Below are positions 50,249 to 60,300 of a stretch of 64,000 bases of DNA, in pieces (positions within the stretch are counted from its first letter, which is position 1; each line of letters starts with the position of its first letter). This stretch comes from Rhizobium sp. Q54. Its GTDB lineage: Bacteria > Pseudomonadota > Alphaproteobacteria > UBA828. The translations under genes were made by a program, and so were the position numbers. The DNA is taken from positions 3,099 through 67,098 of the forward strand of contig CAMDDO010000004.1 in the NCBI GenBank assembly GCA_945892755.1, read 5' to 3'. The notes below the pieces were generated by a model. The model ran no database searches. It saw nothing but the letters and a program-made list of their open reading frames with translations, and was not told the origin of the DNA.

Positions 50249-51751
50249 ATGAAGTGGTTCAAGCAGGTCGAGGCCGGGCGGCGCGCCTATCACGCGGACG
50301 CCACGCTCAATAGCGTGCACCGCTCCTCGCTCCTTGTGCCGAGGCTCGATGGCGCGGCGGTCGATATCAGTTTCCTCAACCACTTCCTCCTGAAACGCGG
50401 CTATGGCGAGGTCGCCTGCCGCGTGACCAAAATCGACGGCGCCGGCAAGCGCATTCAATCTCGGTTTATCAAGGTCGACGCGCCAAGGGCGTATACGTTC
50501 GCACTCGGCGACGAGGCGCATGACGAGGCGGCCGACTTCATGGTCGAGTTTTTCGCCGCCGACAATCTGTTCATCCCGTTTCCCGCCGTGATGGTGAACC
50601 ATCGCGGCCCGCGCTTCCTCAACACCGTGCATGCCTATAATCGCGTGCTGAATGACGTGTTCGAGGACGACAGCATCAACACGAAGCCGCAGCTTGAGGC
50701 CGCGATCGATGTGCGCCTCGATGACGCGGCGTCGACCATGCTGGTGGTCCAGGCCGGGCAACAGCGCTGCGCGGGCGCGCTCGATATCCGGCTCAAACAG
50801 GGCGCGGCGGAGCATCGCAAGGACGTGCCGATCGATGTGCCGCGCTTCGGCCATCGGGAGATCGCGCTCGGCGATTTGTTCGCGCATCTGGGCACGATAC
50901 AGGGCGGCATTCTCACGGTCGGACAGCCCCAACAGACGATGTTTTTCGGGCGTCTTCTGGTTGGCCAGCGCGCGCGCGACGGCGCGTTCTCGGCCAATCA
51001 CAGTTATTATGATTCATCCGATGTCGCCGAATATTGGGACGATTCGCGACCCTCGATCAGGCTCTACCCCTATATCGCCGAGCTTGAGACCTTGATCCGG
51101 TTCTACCCGATCCAATCGCCCGGCCGGCTCAATATCGAGATCGTCGCTCATGGCGCGGATGGCGCGCGCCTGTCGACCCACGAGGCCGGCGAATTGGTTT
51201 CGCCCGGCACGCGCCATCTCGACCTATCGGTCAGCGGGCTTTTGCGCCGGCAGGGCGCGCGCGCCGCCGATGTCTCGGCCTTCGCCGTCAGCGCGCGCCC
51301 GATCGATGGCAAGACGCCGACACGCATCAACCATCAGCTCGTCTATCGCGATGGCGGGCTTGAATCATCGATCAACATGTCGCTGACCAATCCGAATATT
51401 TTCGCCCCCGCCGGCAAACGCGGCTATGCCTGGGGTCAGTTGCCGGTCGGGACGGCGATCGATTCGTGGCTCGGCATCACCACCAACACGCCCGAGGGCG
51501 AGGCGTGCGCCGTCGCGCTCTCGATCTATGACGAGAGCGGGCTCCGCGCGCGGCGCGACCTCTCCTTGCGTCCGGGCGCCGCCCATGTCCTCCGCCTGCA
51601 TGACATCTTGCCCGATGGCGCGCTCGCGCGCGCGGACACCGCGCTCGATTATCTCTGGTTCACGCTGGAATCAGCCCGGGCGGATGTGTTCGGCTATGCC
51701 GTCACCAGGCACAAGCTGTCGCGGCAATGCTCGGGCGAGCATGCGTTCTGA
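50249..51751 (+). CDS. hypothetical 500-aa protein, no recognisable domain
   Basis: Tightly packed between the O-MT and pseG; no known motifs. Confidence 0.5.
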   Translation: MKWFKQVEAGRRAYHADATLNSVHRSSLLVPRLDGAAVDISFLNHFLLKRGYGEVACRVTKIDGAGKRIQSRFIKVDAPRAYTFALGDEAHDEAADFMVEFFAADNLFIPFPAVMVNHRGPRFLNTVHAYNRVLNDVFEDDSINTKPQLEAAIDVRLDDAASTMLVVQAGQQRCAGALDIRLKQGAAEHRKDVPIDVPRFGHREIALGDLFAHLGTIQGGILTVGQPQQTMFFGRLLVGQRARDGAFSANHSYYDSSDVAEYWDDSRPSIRLYPYIAELETLIRFYPIQSPGRLNIEIVAHGADGARLSTHEAGELVSPGTRHLDLSVSGLLRRQGARAADVSAFAVSARPIDGKTPTRINHQLVYRDGGLESSINMSLTNPNIFAPAGKRGYAWGQLPVGTAIDSWLGITTNTPEGEACAVALSIYDESGLRARRDLSLRPGAAHVLRLHDILPDGALARADTALDYLWFTLESARADVFGYAVTRHKLSRQCSGEHAF

Positions 51752-51769
51752 GATCGTCGAAATTGCGCG

Positions 51770-52789
51770 ATGAACGCGCCGCTCGCGTTGTTTCGGCTTG
51801 ATGCGACGCCTTCGCTCGGCGTCGGCCATTTGGCGCGCTGCCACGTGCTGGCCGAGGCGTTGAAGGGAGAGGGCTGGCGCACGCGCTTCGCGGTCTCGGC
51901 CGAAACCGCGTCGAGCGTCGGCGCGCCGCGTGACGCGATCATCGTGCCACCCGAATCGATGGACGAGCCGCGCGCGCTTGGCGACGCGGAGCCAAAGGGA
52001 TGCGATCTTCTGGTGGTCGATCATTATGGCCGCGACGCGGCGTTCGAACGCGCCTGCCGGCCCTGGGCGCGGCATATTCTCGTGCTCGACGATCTGGCCG
52101 ATCGGGCCCACGACGCCGACGCTCTGCTCGACCCCACACCAGGCCGGAATCCGGCGGATTACGCCAACCTCGTGCGGACCGACACGCGCCTCCTGCTCGG
52201 GCCGAGCCATGCACTGCTCGACGCGCGCTTTGCCGCCGCCCGACCCATGGCGCTGGCGCGGCGTCGCGCGGGCGGTGCGGCCGCGCGCGTTCTCATCAGC
52301 CCGGGCGGCACCGATCCGGCCGATGTGGCGAGCCTCGCGCTCGATGCCCTTGTCGGCCTGGAGCCGGCGCTCGTCGCCGACGTGGCGCTGCTGCCGAGCG
52401 CGCCGCATCTTGCGCGCACGCGCGCACGCGTCGGACCGCGCGTCACCTTGCATTGTCCCGCCGAGGACATGGCGGCTTTGATGGTCGAGGCCGATGTCGC
52501 GATCGGCGCAGCGGGCGGCAGCGCCTGGGAGCGTTGCTGCCTCGGCCTGCCAATGCTGCTCGTCATCACGGCCGAGAATCAGCGGCTCAATGCGCGACGC
52601 CTGGAAGACGCAGGCGCCGCTCTTGTCGTTGGTGAGGCAAGCCACGTGACGGTTGAGAGCTTTCGCCGAGAGATCGTCGAGTTGGTGAGCGATGCGAGTC
52701 GCCGTCGACGCATGGCCGAAGCGGCGGCATTATTATGCGATGGCGAAGGCGTACGCCGCGTGCTCTCGATCATCAAGGAAGGCGTATGA
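51770..52789 (+). CDS. pseG: UDP-2,4-diacetamido-2,4,6-trideoxy-beta-L-altropyranose hydrolase
   Basis: FRLDATPSLGVGHLARCHVLAEAL N-terminus typical of PseG. MurG-like GT-B fold. Confidence 0.8.
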   Translation: MNAPLALFRLDATPSLGVGHLARCHVLAEALKGEGWRTRFAVSAETASSVGAPRDAIIVPPESMDEPRALGDAEPKGCDLLVVDHYGRDAAFERACRPWARHILVLDDLADRAHDADALLDPTPGRNPADYANLVRTDTRLLLGPSHALLDARFAAARPMALARRRAGGAAARVLISPGGTDPADVASLALDALVGLEPALVADVALLPSAPHLARTRARVGPRVTLHCPAEDMAALMVEADVAIGAAGGSAWERCCLGLPMLLVITAENQRLNARRLEDAGAALVVGEASHVTVESFRREIVELVSDASRRRRMAEAAALLCDGEGVRRVLSIIKEGV

Positions 52790-53847
52790 GCCTACCCTCG
52801 CTGCAGCCAGTCGCCATTGCCGGCCGCACCATCGGGCCCGGTTCGCCGCCTTACGTTGTTGCCGAACTCTCGGCCAACCACAAGGGCACGCTCGATCACG
52901 CCATCGCGATCATGCGCGCGGCCAAGGCGGCCGGGGCGGATGCGATCAAGCTGCAAACCTATACCGCGGATACCATCACGATCGCGCACAATGGCCCTGG
53001 CTTCCGCATCGAGCAGGGCCTATGGCGCGGCCGCACGCTGCATGAGCTTTATCAAGAGGCTCACACGCCATGGGTGTGGCATGACGCGCTGTTCGCGGAA
53101 GGCCGCGCGCTCGGCCTGCCGGTGTTCTCGACACCGTTCGATGCTAGCGCGATCGCCTTTCTCGAGCCTTTCGATCCGCCGGCCTACAAGATCGCGAGCT
53201 TCGAGCTGATCGATCTCGGTCTTATTCGCGCCGTCGCGGTGACTGGCAGGCCGCTCATCCTATCGACCGGCATGGCGAGTTATGCCGAAATCGAGGAAGC
53301 GGTCGGCGCTGCGCGCGGCGCGGGCGCGCGCCAGATCGTGCTTTTGCATTGCACCAGCGGTTATCCTACGCCGCCCGATGAGGCCAATCTCCGCACCATT
53401 CCGCATCTCGCCGAGAGCTTTGGCGTGCCGATCGGCCTGTCTGACCACACGCTCGGCATCGGCGTCGCGCTCGCCGCGGTGGCGCTCGGCGCCTGCCTGA
53501 TCGAGAAGCATTTGACGCTCCGCCGCGCCGATGGCGGGCCGGATGCCGCGTTCTCGCTCGAACCCGACGAACTCAAGAGCCTGGTCGACAATGCGCGCCT
53601 CGCTCATGCCGCGCTCGGCATGGTTACCTATGAGCGGCGCGCGAGCGAAGCCGGCAATATAGAATTTCGCCGCTCGCTCTATATCGTGCGCGACATGAAG
53701 GCCGGTGAACCGCTGACGCCCGAGACGCTGCGCTCGATCCGCCCGGGCCATGGCCTCCATCCGCGCCATTACGAGGCATTGCTCGGCAAGCGCGTGACGC
53801 GCGATGTCGCGCGCGGCACGCCGATGGCATGGGAATTGATCCGCTGA
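52786..53847 (+). CDS. pseI: pseudaminic acid synthase
   Basis: VVAELSANHKGTLDHA (PseI-type ELSANH motif), GLSDHT, C-terminal SAF domain. Confidence 0.9.
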   Translation: MSLPSLQPVAIAGRTIGPGSPPYVVAELSANHKGTLDHAIAIMRAAKAAGADAIKLQTYTADTITIAHNGPGFRIEQGLWRGRTLHELYQEAHTPWVWHDALFAEGRALGLPVFSTPFDASAIAFLEPFDPPAYKIASFELIDLGLIRAVAVTGRPLILSTGMASYAEIEEAVGAARGAGARQIVLLHCTSGYPTPPDEANLRTIPHLAESFGVPIGLSDHTLGIGVALAAVALGACLIEKHLTLRRADGGPDAAFSLEPDELKSLVDNARLAHAALGMVTYERRASEAGNIEFRRSLYIVRDMKAGEPLTPETLRSIRPGHGLHPRHYEALLGKRVTRDVARGTPMAWELIR

Positions 53848-54593
53848 TGGGCAAGACCGTCGCGATCATCCAGGCGCGCATGACCTCGAGCCGCCTACCC
53901 GGCAAGGTGCTGGCCGATCTCGGCGGCAAGCCGCTGATCGAGCGCATGATCGCGCGCGTGCGCCGCGCCCGCGCGCTGGACGCGATCTGGCTCGCTACCA
54001 CCGCCAAGACGACCGACGATCCGCTCGCGACCTTGTGCGACCGGCTCGGCGTACCCGTTCATCGCGGCGATGAGCATGATGTTCTGGCGCGCTTTCTCGG
54101 CGCCGCGCGGGCCGCCGAGGCCGATATCGTGGTCCGGCTCACGGCGGATTGTCCGATGAGCGACCCGGCGCTGATCGACGAGATCGTCGCCGATTATGGG
54201 AAGGGTGGCGCCGATTACGTCTCCAACGTGTTGGTGCGCACCTATCCCGATGGCCTCGACGTCGAGGTATTTTCATGCGCCGCGCTCGAAGACGCGGCGG
54301 CCAACGCGACGGAGCCGTTTCATCGCGAGCACGTCACGCCCTGGTTGCAAACCGGCTTTCGGCCCGGCTTGGCGACCGGGCGCTTTCGCGTGCGTCATGT
54401 CGTGAACGACATCGATCTCGGCGTCATGCGTTGGACGGTCGATGAGGCCGAGGATCTCGACTTAATTCGAAAGTTGTTCGCGGCCCTGCCCGAGGGCTTC
54501 GCCTGGCGCGACGCGCTCGCGCTGGTCAGCGTCAATGGCGAATTGGCCCGCCGCTCGCGCGTGCCCGAGGCTTATCTGAAGGCGGCGTCATGA
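53847..54593 (+). CDS. pseF: pseudaminic acid cytidylyltransferase-family protein (copy 3 of SpsF/PseF-like)
   Basis: VAIIQARMTSSRLPGKVL, directly after pseI. Confidence 0.7.
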   Translation: MGKTVAIIQARMTSSRLPGKVLADLGGKPLIERMIARVRRARALDAIWLATTAKTTDDPLATLCDRLGVPVHRGDEHDVLARFLGAARAAEADIVVRLTADCPMSDPALIDEIVADYGKGGADYVSNVLVRTYPDGLDVEVFSCAALEDAAANATEPFHREHVTPWLQTGFRPGLATGRFRVRHVVNDIDLGVMRWTVDEAEDLDLIRKLFAALPEGFAWRDALALVSVNGELARRSRVPEAYLKAAS

Positions 54594-56377
54594 AGGTCCG
54601 AGCGGTCATATGCGAGGACGCCGAGCGGCTCTTCGCCTGGTTGAACGCGCCCGATCGGCAAGCGGCGAGCCTGGCGACGAACGCGCCGGTCGCTTGGGCC
54701 GATCATCTGGCGTGGCTCGAGGCCCGGCTCGACGATCCGTGTAGCGCGCTCTGGATGGCGGAGATCGACGACAAGCCGGTCGGCCAGGCGCGATTGCAGT
54801 GGGTGGAGCCCGGGCTCGAAGTTTCGCTCTATGTCGCGCCTGAGGCACGCCGGCAGGGTGTCGGCCGCGCGTTGCTCAATCACGCGGCGCGGGCCGGGGC
54901 GCGTCTTTGGCCGGGCCGGGCGCTGCGTGCCAAGGTGCGTCCCGAGAACGCGGACTCGCTCGCGCTATTTCATCGCGCGGGCTATCGGGAAATCGCGCGC
55001 CCGCCCGATCATGTTTTGCTGAGCCTCGACCCCGCGCTCGATAACATGCCAATGCCAGCGCGCCGGTTCGGGCGTTCGCTCGCGCTGCATCAACGCGCGC
55101 TCGACACCATCCCGACCGGCTCGCAGACCTTCTCGAAATCGTCGTGGAATTTCGTCAAGGGCGCGACGCCTTTGATGCTCGAGCGCGGCGTGGGCGCGCG
55201 CGTGTGGGATGTGGACGGCAATGACTATGTCGATCATGTGCTTGGCCTGCTCGCGATCGTGCTCGGCTATCGCGATGCGACGGTCGATGGCGCGATCCGC
55301 GCGCAACTTGAGCGCGGCATCTCGTTCTCGCTCGCGACCGAGCTCGAAGCCGCGCTGGCCGAGCGCCTGCGCGCGCTCATTCCCTGCGCTGAAATGGCGC
55401 GCTTCGGCAAGAACGGGTCGGATGCCACCTCTGGGGCGGTTCGCCTCGCGCGCGCCCATACCGGGCGCGACAAGATCGCGTTGTCGGGCTATCACGGCTG
55501 GCATGATTGGTATATCGGCACCACCGCGCGCCGGCTCGGCGTGCCCGACGCGGTCCAGGCGCTTTCGACCAGCTTTCCCTTCAACGACGCCGATGCGCTT
55601 GAGCGGCTCTTGGTCGCCGAACCGAACGCCTATGCCGCGGTCATTCTCGAACCCGCCGGTATCGAGGCGCCGGCGCCAGGCTTTCTCGAACGCGTGCGCG
55701 CGCTGACCGAGCGTTTTGGCGTGGTCTTGGTATTCGACGAGATCATCACCGGCTTTCGCGTCGCGCTCGGCGGCGCGCAAAAGCATTACAATGTAGTGCC
55801 CGATCTCGCCTGTGTCGGCAAGGCGATGGGCAATGGCATGCCGATCTCGGCGGTGGTCGGTCGCAAGGCGATCATGCGGCGCATGGAGGATATCTTCTTC
55901 TCCGGCACGTTCGGCGGCGAGACGCTCTCGCTCGCCGCCGCGCTCGCCACCATCGATGCGCTCGAACGCCAAGACGGCATCGCGCGGATGCACGCGCTTG
56001 GCGCACGATTGCGCGCTGCGCTTGGCGCTCTCTTGACGCGGCATGGGCTGAGCCAGGCATTCAAGGCGACCGGTCCCGATTGGTGGCCGCGCCTCGCCGT
56101 CATGCCCGACGAGCGTACGCCGGGGCCCGTTCTGCAAAGCTTGATGCAACAGGAATTGGCCGAGGACGGTGTCCTGATCGGCGCCGGGCTCACGCTCAAC
56201 CTCTGCCTCGCCCACGATCACCCGGCGATCGAGGCGATGACGCTCGCGTCCTTCGATCGCGCCATGGCGCGCTGCGCCGAGGCGTTGGCGCGGCCCGATC
56301 CGGCGACGGCGCTACGCGGCGAACCCATCCGGCCGATCTTCCAGGTGCGGCCGATCCGACCGGCGACGCGCGCCTGA
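54590..56377 (+). CDS. GNAT acetyltransferase :: class-III aminotransferase (glutamate-1-semialdehyde aminomutase/HemL-like) fusion
   Basis: N-terminal ~140 aa GNAT (RRQGVGRALL). C-terminal FGKNGSDATSGAVRLARAHTGRDKI, VFDEIITGFRV, DLACVGKAMGNGMPISAV match the HemL family. Confidence 0.8.
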   Translation: MKVRAVICEDAERLFAWLNAPDRQAASLATNAPVAWADHLAWLEARLDDPCSALWMAEIDDKPVGQARLQWVEPGLEVSLYVAPEARRQGVGRALLNHAARAGARLWPGRALRAKVRPENADSLALFHRAGYREIARPPDHVLLSLDPALDNMPMPARRFGRSLALHQRALDTIPTGSQTFSKSSWNFVKGATPLMLERGVGARVWDVDGNDYVDHVLGLLAIVLGYRDATVDGAIRAQLERGISFSLATELEAALAERLRALIPCAEMARFGKNGSDATSGAVRLARAHTGRDKIALSGYHGWHDWYIGTTARRLGVPDAVQALSTSFPFNDADALERLLVAEPNAYAAVILEPAGIEAPAPGFLERVRALTERFGVVLVFDEIITGFRVALGGAQKHYNVVPDLACVGKAMGNGMPISAVVGRKAIMRRMEDIFFSGTFGGETLSLAAALATIDALERQDGIARMHALGARLRAALGALLTRHGLSQAFKATGPDWWPRLAVMPDERTPGPVLQSLMQQELAEDGVLIGAGLTLNLCLAHDHPAIEAMTLASFDRAMARCAEALARPDPATALRGEPIRPIFQVRPIRPATRA

Positions 56378-57282
56378 TGGACGAGCCTCGCCCGACCTGG
56401 CTCAGCCTCGGCACGGCCGGGCTCGGCATGGATTACGGCGTTGTCGCGCCGACCAGGCAACCTTCCGATGCGACGGCGCACGCATTGCTTGAGCGCGCCT
56501 GGGCCCTCGGTATTCGCTCGATCGACACCGCGCGCGCCTATGGCGAGGCCGAGGCTCGCATTGGGTCGTGGAGTGGGCGTTCGGGGAATCGGCCCTTCAT
56601 CGTGACCAAGATTCCCGCCCTCCCTGACAACGGCGGCGAACGCATCATCGAGCAATCGCTGCAGGCCTCACTCGCGGCGTTGCGCGCCGATCGGGTTGAG
56701 CTCTGCCTGCTGCACCGCGCGGGTGACCTCCATCGACCCGGCATCGCCGCCAAACTGCGTGAGATTGCCAGCAATGACCTCATCGGCGGTTTCGGTGTAT
56801 CCATCTATGAAGGCGCTGAGATTGAAGCAGCCCTCAGTATTGAAGGGCTCGCCGCGGTTCAGGCGCCGGTCAGCCTCTTGGACCGCCGGCTTGTCGAGTC
56901 GGGAGTGCTGGGGCGGGCCAAGGCGCGTGGCGTTCTCGTTTTCGCGCGCAGCGTGTTTCTCCAGGGGGCCTTGTTTGTCGCTCCAGAAAAATTGCCCTCG
57001 TTCCTCCGCCCGCTCGCCGAACCCTTGTCGCGCTTGACCACGCTTGCCGAGAGCTCGGGCGTCTCACCCATGGCCTTGTCACTTGCCTATTTGCGCGCAA
57101 GCGGCGTGATCGACTCGCTGGTGATCGGCGCGACGACATCCGAAGAGCTCGAAGCGGATGTGCGGCTGGCGAACCAATCCTTAGACCCAGAGCTGATTGA
57201 AAGGGCGTGCGCCATCGTACAGATCGTTGACCCTGCCTGCCTCGACCCGCGCCGCTGGCCGGCGTCGATCGCCGTCCCATGA
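56377..57282 (+). CDS. aldo/keto reductase
   Basis: LDTARAYG, AKR TIM-barrel layout. Confidence 0.8.
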   Translation: MDEPRPTWLSLGTAGLGMDYGVVAPTRQPSDATAHALLERAWALGIRSIDTARAYGEAEARIGSWSGRSGNRPFIVTKIPALPDNGGERIIEQSLQASLAALRADRVELCLLHRAGDLHRPGIAAKLREIASNDLIGGFGVSIYEGAEIEAALSIEGLAAVQAPVSLLDRRLVESGVLGRAKARGVLVFARSVFLQGALFVAPEKLPSFLRPLAEPLSRLTTLAESSGVSPMALSLAYLRASGVIDSLVIGATTSEELEADVRLANQSLDPELIERACAIVQIVDPACLDPRRWPASIAVP

Positions 57283-57289
57283 ATCGGCA

Positions 57290-57304
57290 CCGTACTGAGT
57301 ACGG
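57290..57304. promoter_or_regulatory. palindrome CCGTAC-TGA-GTACGG between AKR and sulfotransferase::ABC genes
   Basis: Perfect 6-bp inverted repeat in the 34-bp intergenic gap. Confidence 0.2.
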
Positions 57305-57316
57305 GCTCGTGATGCC

Positions 57317-60300
57317 ATGCGATCAAACATGAAGACGAATTTGACGCCCCTGCCGCCCGAAGTCCGAAACATGTCGATTCCGTCCGCCGATGTGCTTGGT
57401 CGGCTGGTCTATGTCGTCGGCAGCGCGCGCGGCGGTACCACCATGCTCGGCGAATGTGTCGCACTCCACGATCGCATTCTCGCTTTGCCGGAGAACAGTA
57501 ATTTTCTCGGCCAAGTCTGGCGTTATGCGCGCAAAGTGGACGACCGCATGCTACGCCTGCTCATCGCGCAGCCGCGTTACTATAAGCGGCGAGAAGCGAT
57601 GGCACGGCTTGGCGACAGCGCGGGTCGCGCGCTTCTGGGTCACATTACGCGCTTGGTCAGGCAACGCGACCTCGCCGGCCTCTACACGCTGTACCCGATC
57701 GTCCATGCGCTTGTCGGCGAGGAAGGTCGCGATATCGGCGCGCTCCGTGCCTGGGCAGACAAAGCGACGGATACCAGGGGCCTAGGCGCGCTCGAGCGGG
57801 CCTTCCCCGAGCTTCGCGTCGTCTTTATCGTGCGTGACCCGAGAGCCTGCGTCGCTTCTTTGACGGCGAGAGCCTTCGCACGCGAGGCGCGCGAGCAGGG
57901 GTCCGACCGGCTCGACCTCCTCGTGGACCAGGCCCTTCATTGGCGCCGGGTAACCCAGGACATGCTTCACCATGCGCGCCGTCTTGGCTCGCGCGCCATT
58001 ACAGTGCGCTACGAAGATTTCGTTCGAGAGCCGGTCGAGCAGCTTAACCGTATCTTCGAGTTCGCCGTCGGCGAGAGACTATCGGCCGCCGAGCTGGAAC
58101 GGCAGCTCGGCGGTATCCCTTATTTCGCCAGCGCCAGCGGCGGCGCCTGCGCGACAGGCATCAGGACCGACTCGATCGACCGCTGGCGTAAGACCCTGCA
58201 GGACGATGAGCAGGGCCTGATCGAGGCGCTCTGCGGGCGCCTCGCGCGCCAACTTGGTTACGACACGTCCTCGGTCTCGCCGCTCGTCACGGCAGTTCGA
58301 CTGGGCCGAGTCGAGCAGTCACGCCGGCAAAAGCTCCTTGCTTTCGCCAGACTCGGCTATCTGGCTATCAGCGTGCCGATCAAGCTCCGAAGCCCGCTTC
58401 GGGCCGACACGTTCGCCATGCTGCCTTTGCCCGATCGAAAGCCGCGCCCGGCCGAGCAACCTCAGCCACCACGAAATGTCCGTGAGTCGAGCCCGGTGTC
58501 GCCCGCCGCTCCGCCGCCCGAAACGGCGGCTCGCGAACGCCCGTCTATCCGTCGGATCTTGGACTTTGCTAACGATATCGGATTGCCCCGAGCCCGCGTC
58601 GCCGTCCTCCTGCTGTTTCATTTGGTCGGAACTTTGTTCGAGAGTTTCGGTCTTGGCATGTTGCTGCCGGTCTTTGATCTAATCCAGAAAGGCGGCGACG
58701 CGTCCGCGCTTGCGGCACAGTCGAGCCTTTGGCGCGTGATCGTTGGCGTCTATGGCGCCTTCGGGCTCGACGCTAGCCTGCTGGCGCTACTGATTACGAG
58801 TTTCCTTGCCATCTTGGCGCGCCAGGCGATGTTTTATGTCCGGATGCTCTACACCGCAAGGGCATCCCTCGCAATTGGGCGCACCATCCGGACACGTGTG
58901 TTTGGCGGTATCCTTGGCGCACGCTTGGCGGTTCTTGAAGGCGATCGGCGCGGTCATATTTTGAACGACATCACGACCGAGGCCGATCGAACCACGCAAT
59001 ATGCCATCAGTGTCATTGCGCTGGGCGGCCATCTGGTTTTGGGATTGGTCTATTTCGTCATGATGCTGCTGCTGTCGCCATCGATGACCGGCGCCGCAGT
59101 CGCCGTCCTGGCGGTCGCCGCCCTGCCGGCGGTACGGTTGACGCGGCATTCCGCGACGGTGAGCCGCGACATCGTCGATGCCAATCGCGCGCTAATCGAC
59201 TTCTTCGCCCAGCGATTAAGTGCCATTCGTTTCGTTCGGCTCAGTGGCGCCGAGACCGCCGAACGGGCGGAGCTCGACCGTCGAGTGACCCGTCAGAACA
59301 AGCGCGTCTATCAAAGCAACGTACTGCTTGCCCGCACCAAGGTGGTGATCGAGCCGATCGTTGTTGCCGCAGCTTTCGTCTTCCTGTTTGTCGGATATTC
59401 CGTGTTTGGTGTCGGCCTCGAAGAGCTCGGGCTGTTCTTACTAATCCTGCTCCGATTGGTGCCAGTCATGCGCGAGGTAATGATCTTGCGTAGTGGCATG
59501 GCGCTGACTCGACATAGTCTAGTGACGCTGCAGCGTCGTTTCAGCGCGCTGGATCAGTCTCCCGAGGACGCGGGCGGCACGCGTGCGCTTGGCGTGCTCC
59601 GCCAAGGCATCCGCTTTGAGCACGTATCGTTCAGCTATGGGACCACCGCCGCGCCCGCGCTTAATGACGTCAGCGTGACCCTACCTGCGCGGCGCTTGAC
59701 CGCCCTGGTCGGTCCCTCGGGCAGCGGCAAGTCGACCTTGATCGATTTGTTGCCGCGCTTGCGCGAGCCGACCGGGGGCGTCGTGCTGTTCGATGGCATC
59801 CCCGCGTCGGAGTTTTCGTTACAGAGCCTTCGCGCGGGGATCGCCTATGCGCCGCAATCGCCGCAACTGTTCGATACCACGGTCATTGAGCATATCCGCT
59901 ATGGTCGGCCTGACGCGAGCGTTGCCGACATTGAACAGGCGGCCCGGCATGCGGGCGCTCATGATTTCATCGCCGCCCTGCCAATGGGCTATGAGACCAG
60001 GCTTGGCGAGAGCGGTGGTTTGCTTTCGGGCGGGCAGCGCCAGCGCGTCGATCTCGCGCGCGCGCTGGTCAAGAACGCGAGCGTGCTCATTCTCGACGAG
60101 CCGACCAGCCAGCTCGACGCCGAATCGGAGGAAATCTTCAAGGCCAGCATTCGGCGCCTTCGTGACGCCGGCCAGCACACGATCGTCATGGTCGCGCATC
60201 GCCTGTCGACCGCGGCGATTGCCGATCAAATCGTCGTCCTGATCCGGGGCTGTGTCGTCGATGTCGGATCGCACCGCGAATTGCTGGTGCGTGGCGGCTG

